The translations under genes and the position numbers were made by a program. A DNA stretch of 56,351 nt, the filler included, from Trypethelium eluteriae (Eukaryota): the NCBI GenBank assembly GCA_051942245.1. It is 3 parts of 3 records of this genome, joined end to end, with 100 filler letters (N's around TTAATTAATTAA, not from the genome) between each part and the next. Parts side by side here need not be neighbours in the genome. Positions count along the whole stretch, not along the records: positions 1 to 18,776 come from JAVECL010000550.1; positions 18,877 to 37,583 come from JAVECL010000551.1; 1 more part is not named here. The stretch is one strand, 5' to 3'. The notes under the pieces were generated by a model. The model did no database searches. It was not told the DNA's origin and saw nothing but the letters and a program-made list of their open reading frames with translations. Shown in pieces: positions 11,741-23,185 of this stretch (position 1 is its first letter; the number at the start of each line of letters is the position of its first letter).

Positions 11741-13703
11741 GCTGACGGACTTATAGCAAATGGGTGCAGAGCAGGTATAGTCAGAACAGGACTGATAAAG
11801 CCAGTTGTAAAACGTGTACCATACGATTGTAGTGTTACCGTAAACCTAGGATTTTGATTTTGCCAGCGTGTCCATGGAGGTCTAAAGCAGGCTGTATGGA
11901 ATATTGTCGATTATCGTGCGTGCCTCTCATCTCCCTCGACCGCGTGAAGTCCTGTTTGCAAAAAACCATTGAGCAGAGAGAGAAAAGAGACGAAGGTGTA
12001 GAAAGAGCAAGAGAAGTAAGGATTCGTCGGCCCAAGGCCTCTACCCTGGAAACATGGAGTGGAGGAGCCACTTCTGTCCACAGACTCCATCGATCGTGTT
12101 CGGATCGCGTACATTCAATTGATTGTACTTGAGACGAAAGTGAAGGCAAGACGATGGTCTAAATGGGCGTATGCAGGGCTTGGGATCCGATAAGAGAAAA
12201 TTGCCCCAAATTTGGGACCAAAAGCTAGGTGCAGTGACTGTGGGTGGACCCTTTTTGAATCGATAGTGCCTCGATAGAATTCAGACCTGCATGTAGAGAA
12301 CACAATAGTTTGTAAGTTGCCCTAGACATTCTCTCACTCCTAGATGAAGATGGCGCTTCATTCTAGATCCCAATACTACGCATATACCTCTGAGTTCGGT
12401 TCCGCTCACAACACGCGGACGGGGTAGAAGTTTTTGTGGATCAAACAAACCTCAATTTTTAGATTCCGATCTCGCACATGGCTAGGAGGACTTTGCGCCA
12501 CTCCAACACGCGTCTCTTCTTCTTGGCTTTGCAGGGACCGCCTCAAACACATCTCGCATACCCCGGTTTCGAGAACGTACTTGTGGAATCGGCGTCGTAG
12601 AATGAAGAGCCATTCGGTAATAGCATAAAATCGAGATTTTGCCGCATTATAGTCATTTGGTAGCACTCCGATCATCGCCAATCGGCAAAGTTGACGGATC
12701 CCGCCCAGTATTCAGCCATCTTGACCTAATTAAGGGCACGCTTTCAAGTAAAGTTCGTCAGTCCGTACATCAGGGTTTCCAACGCTCATTGTCTGGGTTA
12801 GAATTCCATGTCCGTGACACTGCCTCTGTCCAAAGGAGCGTACTCCAATACTGATTGGTGGGATTGATCAGACTCTTCGCAGTAGAACTGAGCGGCTCTG
12901 CTCCTCCCTAGTCCACAGCCTTATACACCCATCATATCGTAAGATGATTTACTGTTCGAGAGGAAATCCGCTGAAATACATTAGCCGCTGAGGCGTAAGC
13001 CATGTGTCTAACGCCCTGGTAATCAGATCAAGACGGTGTGTTCGAGATCCAATGTGAGCACGCGAGTAGGATATCCTCTTTGCTATGATCAGCGGGACAC
13101 TACTGCAAGGGATCTCCAGAGATCTGGGAAACCAAGCAGGCGGTCCGGCACATTCGGCATCAGCCGTTGGTGTTGAAGATCAGCCAGATCGGAGGCCGGC
13201 TGCTGCAACTAAGGAAAGCCACCTGAGATCTTCGGGCTCGTAAGGCTTGCTGCATCGCTTCTCACCTGGATTGAAATGAAAATTCTTTCAGATTTCTGGG
13301 GAACCCAAGGAGAGAATGTTGTTTGCTTTTCATGAGGCTGAGCCTCCCATGTTCGGTATACGCCGTTGAAGCGAAAAGAATCTCGAGCTGTACCTTTAGC
13401 CTTAGAGACTAGTAGTATTTGTCACATGGGAACCCTAAAGTCGGGAAACGCCTACCAAAGCTCTGTTGCTCGCTGCTGGATTTGATTGGGAGCACCTCTC
13501 CGAAGCAGCGGTAGCTAGCTCGCGGATAGAAGAGAGAGCGCCTGTGCAGTGTGTGGTTTCTGAAGAGCGACTGAAAATAAGCGGTGGTCTGTGTACCACT
13601 TTAAGCGAGAAAAATCCCAGCCGGCGATCATGCGCATCAGTGCTTGGCTAATTCACAATTGATCCTCTCCACTCTCTACCCACCACCTACCACCCACAAA
13701 GTC

Positions 13704-14963
13704 ATGGAGAGTTCCCGGAAAAGGAAAGCCGACGGCGGTGAGGATCAAAACTCCAATAATCAGGGAAAGGTGGGCAGTCATCAATCATGAAACAGTCCTT
13801 CTCATTCCTATGACACAATAATCTCTGGCAAAAAGCATTGCTGAATAGACGTGGCAGTACAAAAAGCAATGGCGTACGCCAAGACAGATCCAAACAGATG
13901 ATCCGCCACGTGCTCAGAGTATAGAGCCCGGGGACTCGGGCATCTGGATTACTTGCACCAGAGGAAAAGAAGCGAAGTGTATTGCCGAGATCAGAGACCT
14001 GTTCGATGAGGTTTGTGCAAAGAAACCGACAACGAAACGAGAGGATGAAGTTGACAGATCATATAGTACGCTAGGAAACTATACAGCCACGGTGATCTAG
14101 ATCTATCAGATCCGGTCGCCCGTGGAGTTGGTATCGAAGACGAAATCAGCAAAGAATTAGCGAGCATTCAGAAGCCCAGTGCTGCTCCGTTATTTCATCC
14201 GGTGAGGGTAGAAATGGAGTGCGGTCAGTGCATCACAAGGCTTGCTTTCTTTTCTCAAAATCGAGCTCATCGCCTTAGTCGTCTTCTTTAAGACTCGTCC
14301 GCCTATTGAGCCAGTATCCTTAGTTCACGAGATTTGCTCAGATGCGGCTGCGGCTTCTATGCTCAAACGCACACGATTTGTGAAGCGATTGAGTCCGGTC
14401 ACTCTTACCGGAAAAGCGACTAAGATGGACCTTGAAAGGCTGTCTAAAGAGGTTCTCGCTCCTCATTTCCACCGAGAAGGAAGTACGAAAAAGGTAAATT
14501 CGTGCCTTTCCGCAGCCTCTCGTCGCGATATAATGTAATTGGACGGGAAGAGGAGTTTTTAACTCGACAGCGAGCTTGTCCTTGCTAACAGGACCAATTT
14601 AAAGTTTGCAATCCGGCCGACCATTCGAAATTCAAATCAATTGTCAAGGGATGGCGTCATTGAACAGGTTGCTTCTGCAGTCGGAACAGGGCACTCCGTC
14701 GATTTGAAAGCGTACGACGCCCTCATTATCGTGGAAATCTACAAGGTACGTAATCAACGGTTTGCTGCAGCCTCGCAAACAAGAAATGGAGGGCTCGCTA
14801 ACGCCTGCTTGGGGCGCATCAGAATGTCTGCGGGATGAGCGTTGTCGGCAGCGATTACGACAGGCTCAAGCGATACAACCTGGCAGAAATATACGACCCC
14901 ACTCCGAAACCCAAGGAGCAGACCGACAGTAGCATCGACGGGGAGGATAAGGGCCGTAAATGA
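13704..14963 (+). CDS. TAN1: THUMP-domain tRNA acetylation adaptor (Tan1-like), about 5 introns
   Basis: Exon fragments IEPGDSGIWITCTRGKEAKCIAEIRDLFDE, FFKTRPPIEP, TRFVKRLSPVT, FAIRPTIRN, HSVDLKAYDALIIVEIYK and NVCGMSVVGSDYDRLKRYNLAEI; stop TGA at 14961-14963. Confidence 0.85.
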
Positions 14964-15570
14964 TAAATATCTGCATGTGGAATTAAGCATCGAGCTTCAA
15001 TGAGAGCTCGGCGATAGCAGACAACCCTAAAAGGACCGCAACTAGAGCCAATGCGAGGTGGCGAGCAAGGGTGTTGCATTGACACATGTCGTCTCCAACG
15101 CTTCGGTCCGTGTGGGTGGACACATGTTAACCTTCTCGAACAAATCCAGACGTGCAGATTTACCAAGCAGATATTAGGCTGCACACCGACAGTGAGGTGC
15201 CCCCGGTGAAACTCGCCTATATTTGCCCTTCGTAGACGAAACATCGCGGTGGAGTACATAGTATGCTTGATCCTTTTCGCTTCGCTAAACTGGCCCTCGA
15301 GTTGGTTTTTTTTCGCTATGATTCTCTGACTATGGGCAATTTGAAATCCGCCACCTTAGCAGGCGGGGCTATCTCAGCGGCGGCATTGACGAGTGAGCGC
15401 CAACCAGCGCCAAGTTTGACCCAACCATCGCACTCATCTCCTCCCCTGCCATCAAAGATCGCTAGTCACCGCAGCGTTTCGGGCGAGTAAGAAGATTTCC
15501 AGAAGGTCTGGTCCGCGCCAGCCAATCACACGGTGTCTTCTATGCGTCCATGCTGGAACGGCGCCAACCC

Positions 15571-15860
15571 CGTTTGGGTACACCTAAACGAGCTGACCAC
15601 GGGTGGTGGTCGGCGACGAACACTGCTTCAAACTATACTCCTCTTCTTCCGGATGCTTGCAAAGGTTGACCGCAGACAGCCCTTCATCGGGGAGGCGGTC
15701 ACCTAGGTAGACTCGGCGCACATGGCGGTATGCGGCTGGCTACGCTGCATAGGTCTGAGATCATGGCCTGCTAGGTGACATCTTGGAACATAGTGCCTCA
15801 TCTACTTTTCATTCCTTCCGGTACCATCAGATTTGGGCGCTCGGTAAGAAGCTCTCTGAT
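15571..15860 (+). ncRNA. Candidate structured RNA (unidentified ncRNA or structured 5' leader)
   Basis: Five to six 6-9 bp stems found by eye within 290 nt of non-coding DNA. Their imperfect pairs are G-U on the + strand. A CCAAT box lies at 15522-15526. No match to an RNA family that I can recognise. Confidence 0.35.
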
Positions 15861-16077
15861 AGCCCGATTCGTAAGGTTCCTTCGTCTACTCTCCACTATT
15901 TCTCCTTTGCCTAGGTGAGGAGTACGCGGCCAGATCCTTCTTCGCTTGAGGATGAATGTCAGCAGCTTTGAAACACTCTATCATAAAATCAAAGCCATGT
16001 ACTCCATCCGGAAAATGCGGCGGGCTGACTTTCTGTACTGCTGATTCAACATTTTCGTTAAATTCATTATCTCAATT

Positions 16078-17183
16078 ATGCATCTACCACCGCTCACCAT
16101 TTCTCCTCTCCCCATTGTGAAGATGAGCCAAGGTTCATCTCGTTCCGCACACCTCTTATCTCCTCCTGTCACTCCCGAGCTTGACTATATCAGTAAACTT
16201 GTACTTCAACATGGCCGTGGAGCAAATGTTCACCGGGTTGAGAGGCTCTCGGGGCATTTACACCGGATCTACCTTCTCCGGATGACAGATGGATCACGAT
16301 TAGTCCTCAAAATGGCGCCCTCAACCAACGTCCGACTCCTTAGGATGGAACGACAGGCTCTGAACGCGGAAGCAACGACGCTTGAACTCTTAGCTTCAAG
16401 GCTCCGAATGCCCGTCCCGACTCTCATCAAATTTGATCCGCACGATCGCAGCTTGGGAACATCGTACTCACTGCAGACATGCCCTGGTGGTGTGAACATG
16501 TCGAATATAGGCCGTCTTTCCACTTCGGAACGTGCGAATATCGACAGAACGTTGGGTACATATTTTCGTCATGTCTCTTCACTCGCAGCTGCGCGGTTTG
16601 GACCCCCTCACCTAGTCTTCAACGGCAGCGGGTGTGACACATGGCGGGAGAGCTTCTTCCAGATGCTAGAAATGACCCTACGAGATGGTGAAGACGTCTT
16701 GGTCAATCTTCCTTACGATAGTATTCGCTACTACACACAGAGACATGGTCATCTACTGGATCAAGTGACAGAAGCTCGGTTGGTGCTTCTTGGCATTACA
16801 AATGAACACAATGTCCTCCTCGATGAGCGAACGAGATATGTCACTGGTCTACTCGGCTTATCTGATGCTGTTCTTGGAGATCCATTCATGGCGACGGCTT
16901 TCGTTAATCCAAGTGCAGCATTTTTGCAAGGGTATGGAACAAGTCCGAGCCGTACTAGCAGTGAAGCTGTCCGGCAATTACTGTACGTTCTCCAATTATC
17001 GGCACGTGTGTAGCTGAGGCATGTGATTCGAGAAACGATCCCTACTGACACGACCTTAGTTATCGTGTCTACAGAGCAGTTGTCGCCGTCGTCAAACATT
17101 ATTACAGACCACGATCCGATGGAATGGAGCTCCAGGCGCGTCGGGAGCTTACCGATGCTTTAAGGCAATTGGCTACTACTTAA
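16078..17183 (+). CDS. Aminoglycoside phosphotransferase (APH)/kinase-like fold protein, probable pseudokinase (intron 16983-17059)
   Basis: RLVLKMAP..RLLRMERQALNAE, PVPTLIK, TWRESFFQMLEMTLRDGED, NVLLD and LGDP; last exon YRVYRAVVAVVKHYYRP...ARRELTDALRQLATT*. The start could instead be 16123. Confidence 0.75.
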
Positions 17184-18461
17184 TCTCCTCCGCACTTGAT
17201 GACATTACGATGCTTTACGATGACCCCATACACCTTAGCCGTTGGTGCTGGCCACCAAGGTCTGCATAGCGTGGCAAGACAATGCATTTGGCCTGTGAGG
17301 TTTCTCGTCAGATTTTCTTAGTACACTGTATGGTCTAGCTTTTGTTTCTTTGTACTTTCCCCTTCTAAGCCTCGGCCATGAGCTATAGAGCGTAGGCAAC
17401 GTGCGGAGCCCGCTCTTCCGGCTTCTTCCGTACGGAATTACTTAATTCCTTTGCAACGGCTTCTTCCTTTAGATGGTGACGTTGAAACGTTCCTGTCGCG
17501 TCCTAGCTCCGCCTATCAAGCAATGTTGTCATCGTCGATCTGTAAAGTACAACAAAAAGATACTACTACGTCCTTACTGAATCCATCCGCCAGACGATCG
17601 CAATGCCGCTTAGCAAAGGGCTATTTTATGGTGTCTTCCCATTACGGTCGGACCACCTCATGCAAGTTCGCCTTACACAAGTACACCCAAGTTTCCTTAC
17701 CTTGTATAGTCACACTGACTGGGTAGTGTTCACTATGCGAGACGGCTCTCTAATTGAAGAACCGTCTGCTTACATAAATCGTTGTTTGCCGCTCAGTCCT
17801 AATCCTGGTAAAGCCGCACATTCATACGCGAGGAATGTATGCTCGCCAGCAACAAAGGCTTAGTACACTTGGTACCTGCATGAGACGAAACAGGTACGAC
17901 GGTGTCTCCCGAGAACAGTATTAGTGTGAAATACAGGTCACTCAAGGCTATCCCTTTCCATGGCGGGCAGCTACCACAAGAAAGAGCGAGAACCTTTCTA
18001 CCCCGACCCCTTGAAACGAAGGCCAATGAACACAGTCCTTGGAATCCCAAGGAACAGCTACAGTGCTTTCGTTTGGAGAAGCGAATGTACCTTAATTGTC
18101 GGCTTTAACAAAAAGAATTCATATGAGGAGCTTATGGAGAACAAGTACCTGACTAGCTCAAGGGATTGGGTAGGTAGATAGGCGGCGAAGGCGGCGAGCC
18201 AAGGCTTGTCAATTAGTGTCTACTCTCACATCTGCCATTACACATTCCCCCAAAATCATCCAAACTTTATCCCAAAAGTCATCAAGATGGGTATCTACTG
18301 ATCGATAACGCCCCCCCATCATGAAGAATCAGAACCATCTACCACTAAACCTCGCCGACTCCTCCACCTCCTCCCCCACCCAACCCAGTCCAAACCCATC
18401 ATAAGACCATTACCCCAACCCCAATCCCACTCACATCACCACGACAGAGTGACCAACCCAC

Positions 18462-18776
18462 TCACAACATCGCCACCAACCCCATCGCAGCCGCCAACCC
18501 CACAGCCGGCGCCCCATAAGCCGGAGCCGCGGCCCCAGTAAACGACGAAGGCGCGGCGCTCGCACCGCTGGGCTTGCCCGCGGGCGCGGTAGGAGCAGTG
18601 CCGTTGGTGCCGTAGGGCAGCGACGCGCCGGCGCTGGGCACGTAGCTGAAGCTGGTGGGGACGACGCTGGGGGCGTAGCTTGCGGCGGAGGTGACGACGG
18701 ACGTCGCTTGCGAAACGGTGGCCGGGCTGCTGGCGGCGGAGGACGAGGCCGCGGGGGAGGTGGCGACGGAGGTGGC
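18462..18776 (-). CDS. C-terminal part of a Ser/Thr/Ala-rich GPI-anchored cell wall protein (5' part lost in the gap)
   Basis: Not in the ORF track. The minus-strand frame reads ATSVATSPAASSSAASSPATVSQ...YGTNGTAP...SSFTGAAAPAYGAPAVGLAAAMGLVAML*, i.e. an FTGAA omega region plus a hydrophobic tail. Confidence 0.8.
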   Translation of the reverse strand, partial: ATSVATSPAASSSAASSPATVSQATSVVTSAASYAPSVVPTSFSYVPSAGASLPYGTNGTAPTAPAGKPSGASAAPSSFTGAAAPAYGAPAVGLAAAMGLVAML

Positions 18777-18876
18777 NNNNNNNNNNNNNNNNNNNNNNNN
18801 NNNNNNNNNNNNNNNNNNNNTTAATTAATTAANNNNNNNNNNNNNNNNNNNNNNNNNNNNNNNNNNNNNNNNNNNN
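18777..18876. other. Artificial scaffold/contig linker
   Basis: N44 + TTAATTAATTAA (stops in all six frames) + N44; identical to the linker at 37584-37683. Confidence 0.97.
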
Positions 18877-18877
18877 G

Positions 18878-19105
18878 GAGAAGTTTCGTGCGTTTAATGT
18901 GGCGTTTGAGGAGTTGGTGCAGAGGCATAAGGGGTTGAGGATGGAGCCGGAGGTCAGGCAGGGGTTGGCGAAGGCGGTGGAGGCGGTGTTGGGCGCGTTG
19001 TATGGACGGTTTTGGGATCGGTATCATGAGATTGATAAGGGGAGGGGGAAGTATGTGAGGTGGGATAAGAGTCAGATGAATCAGGTGTTGGCGAGTTTGG
19101 GTTGA
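18878..19105 (+). CDS. EXO70: Exocyst subunit Exo70, C-terminal fragment (5' part lost in the gap)
   Basis: EKFRAFNVAFEELVQRHK...EVR...LYGRFWDRYHEIDKGRGKYVRWDK matches the conserved C-terminus of Pezizomycotina Exo70. Confidence 0.85.
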   Translation, partial: EKFRAFNVAFEELVQRHKGLRMEPEVRQGLAKAVEAVLGALYGRFWDRYHEIDKGRGKYVRWDKSQMNQVLASLG

Positions 19106-19356
19106 AGTGGAGGATTTCTGGTTGGAGAGGAAATCGGTTTCGTTGACGCGAGATTTATAGTGTGTTGGGGGGAATGCGACTGTTTGGGTGGTCTTGCATT
19201 GCTTGGATAATGATACCCTGGAACCTCTAGCTGTGATAGTTCTGGCTGGATGGGTGGCCGATATTGAATTAAAAATTTCATTAGATTTTCTGTACATAGC
19301 GCTTGAAGACGAGATCTATCTATTTTGATTCCTTAATTACGACAAGCCTTTTGGCC

Positions 19357-21242
19357 TTAATCGAAGAAGGAACACATGGTCGGATCATTACTATCCGAAC
19401 CGTAGACATCTCCCCCATATGTTAGGTATCCTTGCATCATTTCTGGATTTTGAATAATGTCCTTGTAGTCGCCGAATACCCAAGTGGTAGCCATGCCTAA
19501 AATTTTCATCAGCACCATGCAAATAATGACGGGCGTCGGAGAGTATATCGAGAAACTTACCCATGATAAGATGCTGCAGAATATGACAATGAAACATCCA
19601 CACTCCCGCATCCGTAACCCGCACTCTCAGCCCTCTCCACCCCAAGAGCTGATACATGTCACCCGTCGCCTGATACCGATATGACCATACCGTATCCCTC
19701 GTCGCAGGCGTGAATCCAGCCAGCTTCTTCTCGTTCTCCACCGGGTCATACGTGCCATTCCCGGACCCGATATCCCAGAAATGTCGTCCATGGAAGTGGA
19801 AGGGGTGCTGGTCGAAGCCGCCAGAGGGGCCGGCATCATTCACGATGATGATCTCGAGGACCTCGCCGATCTTAGCGGGCCAGGCCTTGGAGACGGGGTC
19901 CCAGCCGTAGTTGGCGACGCTGGCGTTGTAGTTGGGGATGGCGGACTCGCCATTTTCGTAGATGGAGACGAGGTAGGGGACGGGTGCAGTGGCTTCGGTC
20001 CAGGAAAGGTTGTTTTGCGCCCAGATGAGGGAGCCGTTGGAGACTTGGACTGGGGTGATGGTGATGCGGCGGGTGACTTCGGCGGCGGTGGGGAAGTCGT
20101 CGGGTGTGACGGGTTGGAGGGTGTATTCAAGCCAGGTCGTGACGTCTTGAGGGAGGCTCAGTGGATTCACTGCAGGAGGCGACAAGGCGGAAGTAGAATT
20201 GTCGTAGGAGAGCACACTGAAGGCGACGAGACTAGCTGGTCGGTTGCGATTTTCTTGTTGGATCCAGAAGTCTTTCTTTCCGCTCGACTGGAGTTCTTGT
20301 TCAGATTTCGTGGTCAACAGCACGCTGAAGCGTTGACCCGATCCAATCTGTATGTGGTCTGTGGTAGCCGGTTTTGTGTAGGCACCATCAGCCTCGACAA
20401 CAGTCAGATTGGAATGATCCTCAAACCCAAAGGTGACCAGGGAAAGCGCCTGCCCGCCAATGAATCGGAAGAGATATGTCTTCGAGGGCTGCACATTGAA
20501 TACGGCTGGGTCGAACGGACTCGTTGCGTTGGTGCCATTGTAATTAGTAGTTCCACTGTGACCATTGAACAATATGGCCGTCGCCTCGCCACTCCATACG
20601 AAAGGATTCGCAAGTAAGCCTTGGGTGATATCGTCACCGCTCTTGTTGAATGCATCACCAACGAAGACGACGATTTCTTCATCATACTGGTAAGGTGAGG
20701 CTGCGCCCCGCACGATCAATGGACCAGAAGCCGTCGCGGCCTGGAAGTAGACGTGTGAATGGTAGAAATAAGTGCCTTCATCTCCTGTGTCCGGAGCTAC
20801 CTCATAGTCAAAGAAGTAACTGGGAGGTATTGGCCATTGACTAGCCTCGGGTGTCCCATCTGCAAAAGGAGCAACCCTTTGGGACAGGCCGTGCCAATGC
20901 TACAATCGTCAGTCAATTCTGGTCGGGTATTTTCGACCGGGGAAAAAATGCTCATACCATGGTGAGGTTGTCGCCTTGCATGTCATTGTAAACTCGAATC
21001 CAGGTTCGCTGACCAGCAGTAAGTTCTATCTGTGGACCAGGATATGAACCGTTGACAAGTGGATAGGTTTGGCTCATGCCCGCAATCGTCCTCTGTTCTG
21101 AGGTGACACGCAGAATGATATCAGGTACGAAAGAAGCATCGTGAGTTACTAAGGTACAGTTCTTGGCTTGGGCAGCGACGAGGGTACCGAAGATGCTCAA
21201 ACACCATGCCAAGCAAATGACGAGAAGGTTAATGAAAGCCAT
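19357..21242 (-). CDS. Secreted multicopper oxidase, fungal ascorbate-oxidase-like (2 introns)
   Basis: Signal peptide MAFINLLVICLAWCLSIFGTLVAA; Cu motifs HWHG, YFYHSH, HPFHFHG and HCHILQHLIMGM (Met axial ligand); also DGTPEASQWPIPP. Confidence 0.93.
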
Positions 21243-22531
21243 GGCGAGTCTCCCCCAAGATTCACTTGACAGACTTAGGGAGTATAGAAAGGTAGTGAAA
21301 CCAGTGGCTAAAGCCGAAGAAGGTATTTTTATGGAATGAGAGACAGAGTGAGAGGCAGGCACCCCGTGCGGTGATCAACAAACGCATGGCTACCCTGGAC
21401 TGCTTCCTTGTGTCCATCTTTCGCATCTGGGCCGTCAGTGCTTCCTGTACCCCGATAATCCTCGACTAGGGCGGCGAAATCTAGCGACACTGGTGGATGC
21501 GACAGATGCAGATACTGTTCGACTTTCTTAAACCGGTAAGGAGTCTGCTTCCAGACCCTGAGCGCGTACTGTTCGGCCGATGATTTAGTGGCGGCGCCGG
21601 AGCCCTGGTCATCGGAATCAATTTGCCGTGTAGATGAACAAGGCGGGTGTTGTGCTACCAATTACTACTAATTCGGCCCCTTCGTGAGATTGCTCTCCAT
21701 CTCGTCGTCGGTGGATGGATTGACGGGAAGTAATTGAATGCTCACCGGGCTAAATGCAAGCCAAGGACGCACAAATGGCACGTGGGAGCGGCATTGAGCT
21801 TACATGTTTCGTTCGATGGCCACACATCCCAATTGTGCGATGAGTTCGTTGGATTGGGAGATGCTCGGCCGTTGGTGGCGCGCTTTCTCACCTATCACCT
21901 TATAGTACCGCCAGCTTGGTAAGCGGTGCGGTCCTGATGCGTGGCAGTGGTGGCGGCATCTCCGAACTCCGAGATCTTTAGAAGGATCACTGAAGGTGGA
22001 AGAATCATTCACCACCATTCGCCTTCGAAATCTACATCCATCTGTGTGGAGCCTTATCCAGAGGATACGAGGACGCCTGACAGCTTACTCCGACCCTTAG
22101 GGTACTCTAAAATCAACCTCCGTTTCAAGTCTCAGATATCAAATCTCAGGGCGAGGACCTGATTCACCACAATCGAACCTCCCAAGGTATCTTCGCCTGT
22201 TTTGAGTTCCCCACAGCCGGCAATGTTGTACAAAAAGCATGGATCATGTAAGGGACATTGCAGTAGGTCTTTCGTTTGGGTTTCAAATGATCTCATCTCG
22301 CTTCTTGGGGTGCGATACCGGGAATTTTAATCGCGAGTGATTTGACTTCTATTGCTCAGTGCTCGTATCTACCCAATAAGGTATGTCCGCCAATCTTTAC
22401 CAACCCACAATCGTTGCGCTTTGAATTTATCTCATTCGCAGGATGCTGACTGGCGCTGTGTTCGTAGTGGGCTCAGCCATTGCTTTTTCGACCTTTCCAC
22501 ACTTCCTTCGTTCCTGCATTCCTGAATTCCA

Positions 22532-23185
22532 TCAATGACGGTGATGCTTCTTTTTCTTTTTCTTTTTGTCGTCATCCGATGAAGAGGAGGAGGAGCTGCT
22601 ACTGCTGCTGCTGCTACTGCTACGAGAAGACTTCCGAGAGTGTGAGTTGTGCTTTTTGCCCTTGCGATGATGATCTTTGGCCATGTCTTCTAATTTGTGA
22701 CCTGCGTACGCTCCGCCTAGACCTCCAATCACGCCGTGGCCTAGCTGATGTCCTCCATAAGCACCTGCTGCTCCTCCCGCAAGCGCTCCCATAAGACCTC
22801 GCTCACCCTCTACTGCTGGCGGTTGTCCATCGTATCCTGGGGTTGGGGCAAATGCGGGTTGACGAGATGGCTGCCCATATCCAGCCGGATAAACTTCATT
22901 TGGACCCAATCCGAATGGCTGTTGTTGCGGAGGGTATGTTTCATATGGACGCTGTCCTTGCTGCTCTTTGGACATGTGCTCATAGGCGGATGTTCCGTTA
23001 TTGGGCAGCGGTCCACTCATGCCAATTGGGCCCTGTTGATAATAGGATTGGTTCTCACCGTACGGTGGTGCCGACGGTGTAGGGTAGGAACTGTATTGAG
23101 GAATTGGATAATTGGAGGACTGGCTTGGCTGCTGCTCGTATCGAGCTGGTTGCCCTTCATTTCTCTCCAAAGGAATGTGACTCAT
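22532..23185 (-). CDS. Q/Y/P-rich protein with glycine-zipper segment and basic/His tail
   Basis: Low-complexity N-terminus, then GERGLMGALAGGAAGAYGGHQLGHGVIGGLGGAYAGHKLED, a poly-Ser tract and KKKKKKKHHRH*. Confidence 0.75.
   Translation of the reverse strand: MSHIPLERNEGQPARYEQQPSQSSNYPIPQYSSYPTPSAPPYGENQSYYQQGPIGMSGPLPNNGTSAYEHMSKEQQGQRPYETYPPQQQPFGLGPNEVYPAGYGQPSRQPAFAPTPGYDGQPPAVEGERGLMGALAGGAAGAYGGHQLGHGVIGGLGGAYAGHKLEDMAKDHHRKGKKHNSHSRKSSRSSSSSSSSSSSSSSSDDDKKKKKKKHHRH

Noticed and set aside
15023..15030. AACCCTAA as a telomerase RNA template (also at 13431-13438)
   Set aside because: Only an 8-mer, 60 nt after the TAN1 stop; no convincing pseudoknot, CR4/5 domain or 3' processing signal identified.
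15752..15800. CTGAGA suggesting a TPP riboswitch
   Set aside because: The downstream conserved GAACTTGATC..GATAATACCAGCG part of the aptamer is absent and the gene is not thiamine-related.
17400..18250. Short stop-interrupted ORFs resembling a RIP-decayed element
   Set aside because: No transposase, RT or integrase motifs, terminal repeats or clear RIP composition.
18821..18832. TTAATTAATTAA palindrome repeated at 37628-37639
   Set aside because: Synthetic six-frame-stop linker embedded in Ns, not biological.
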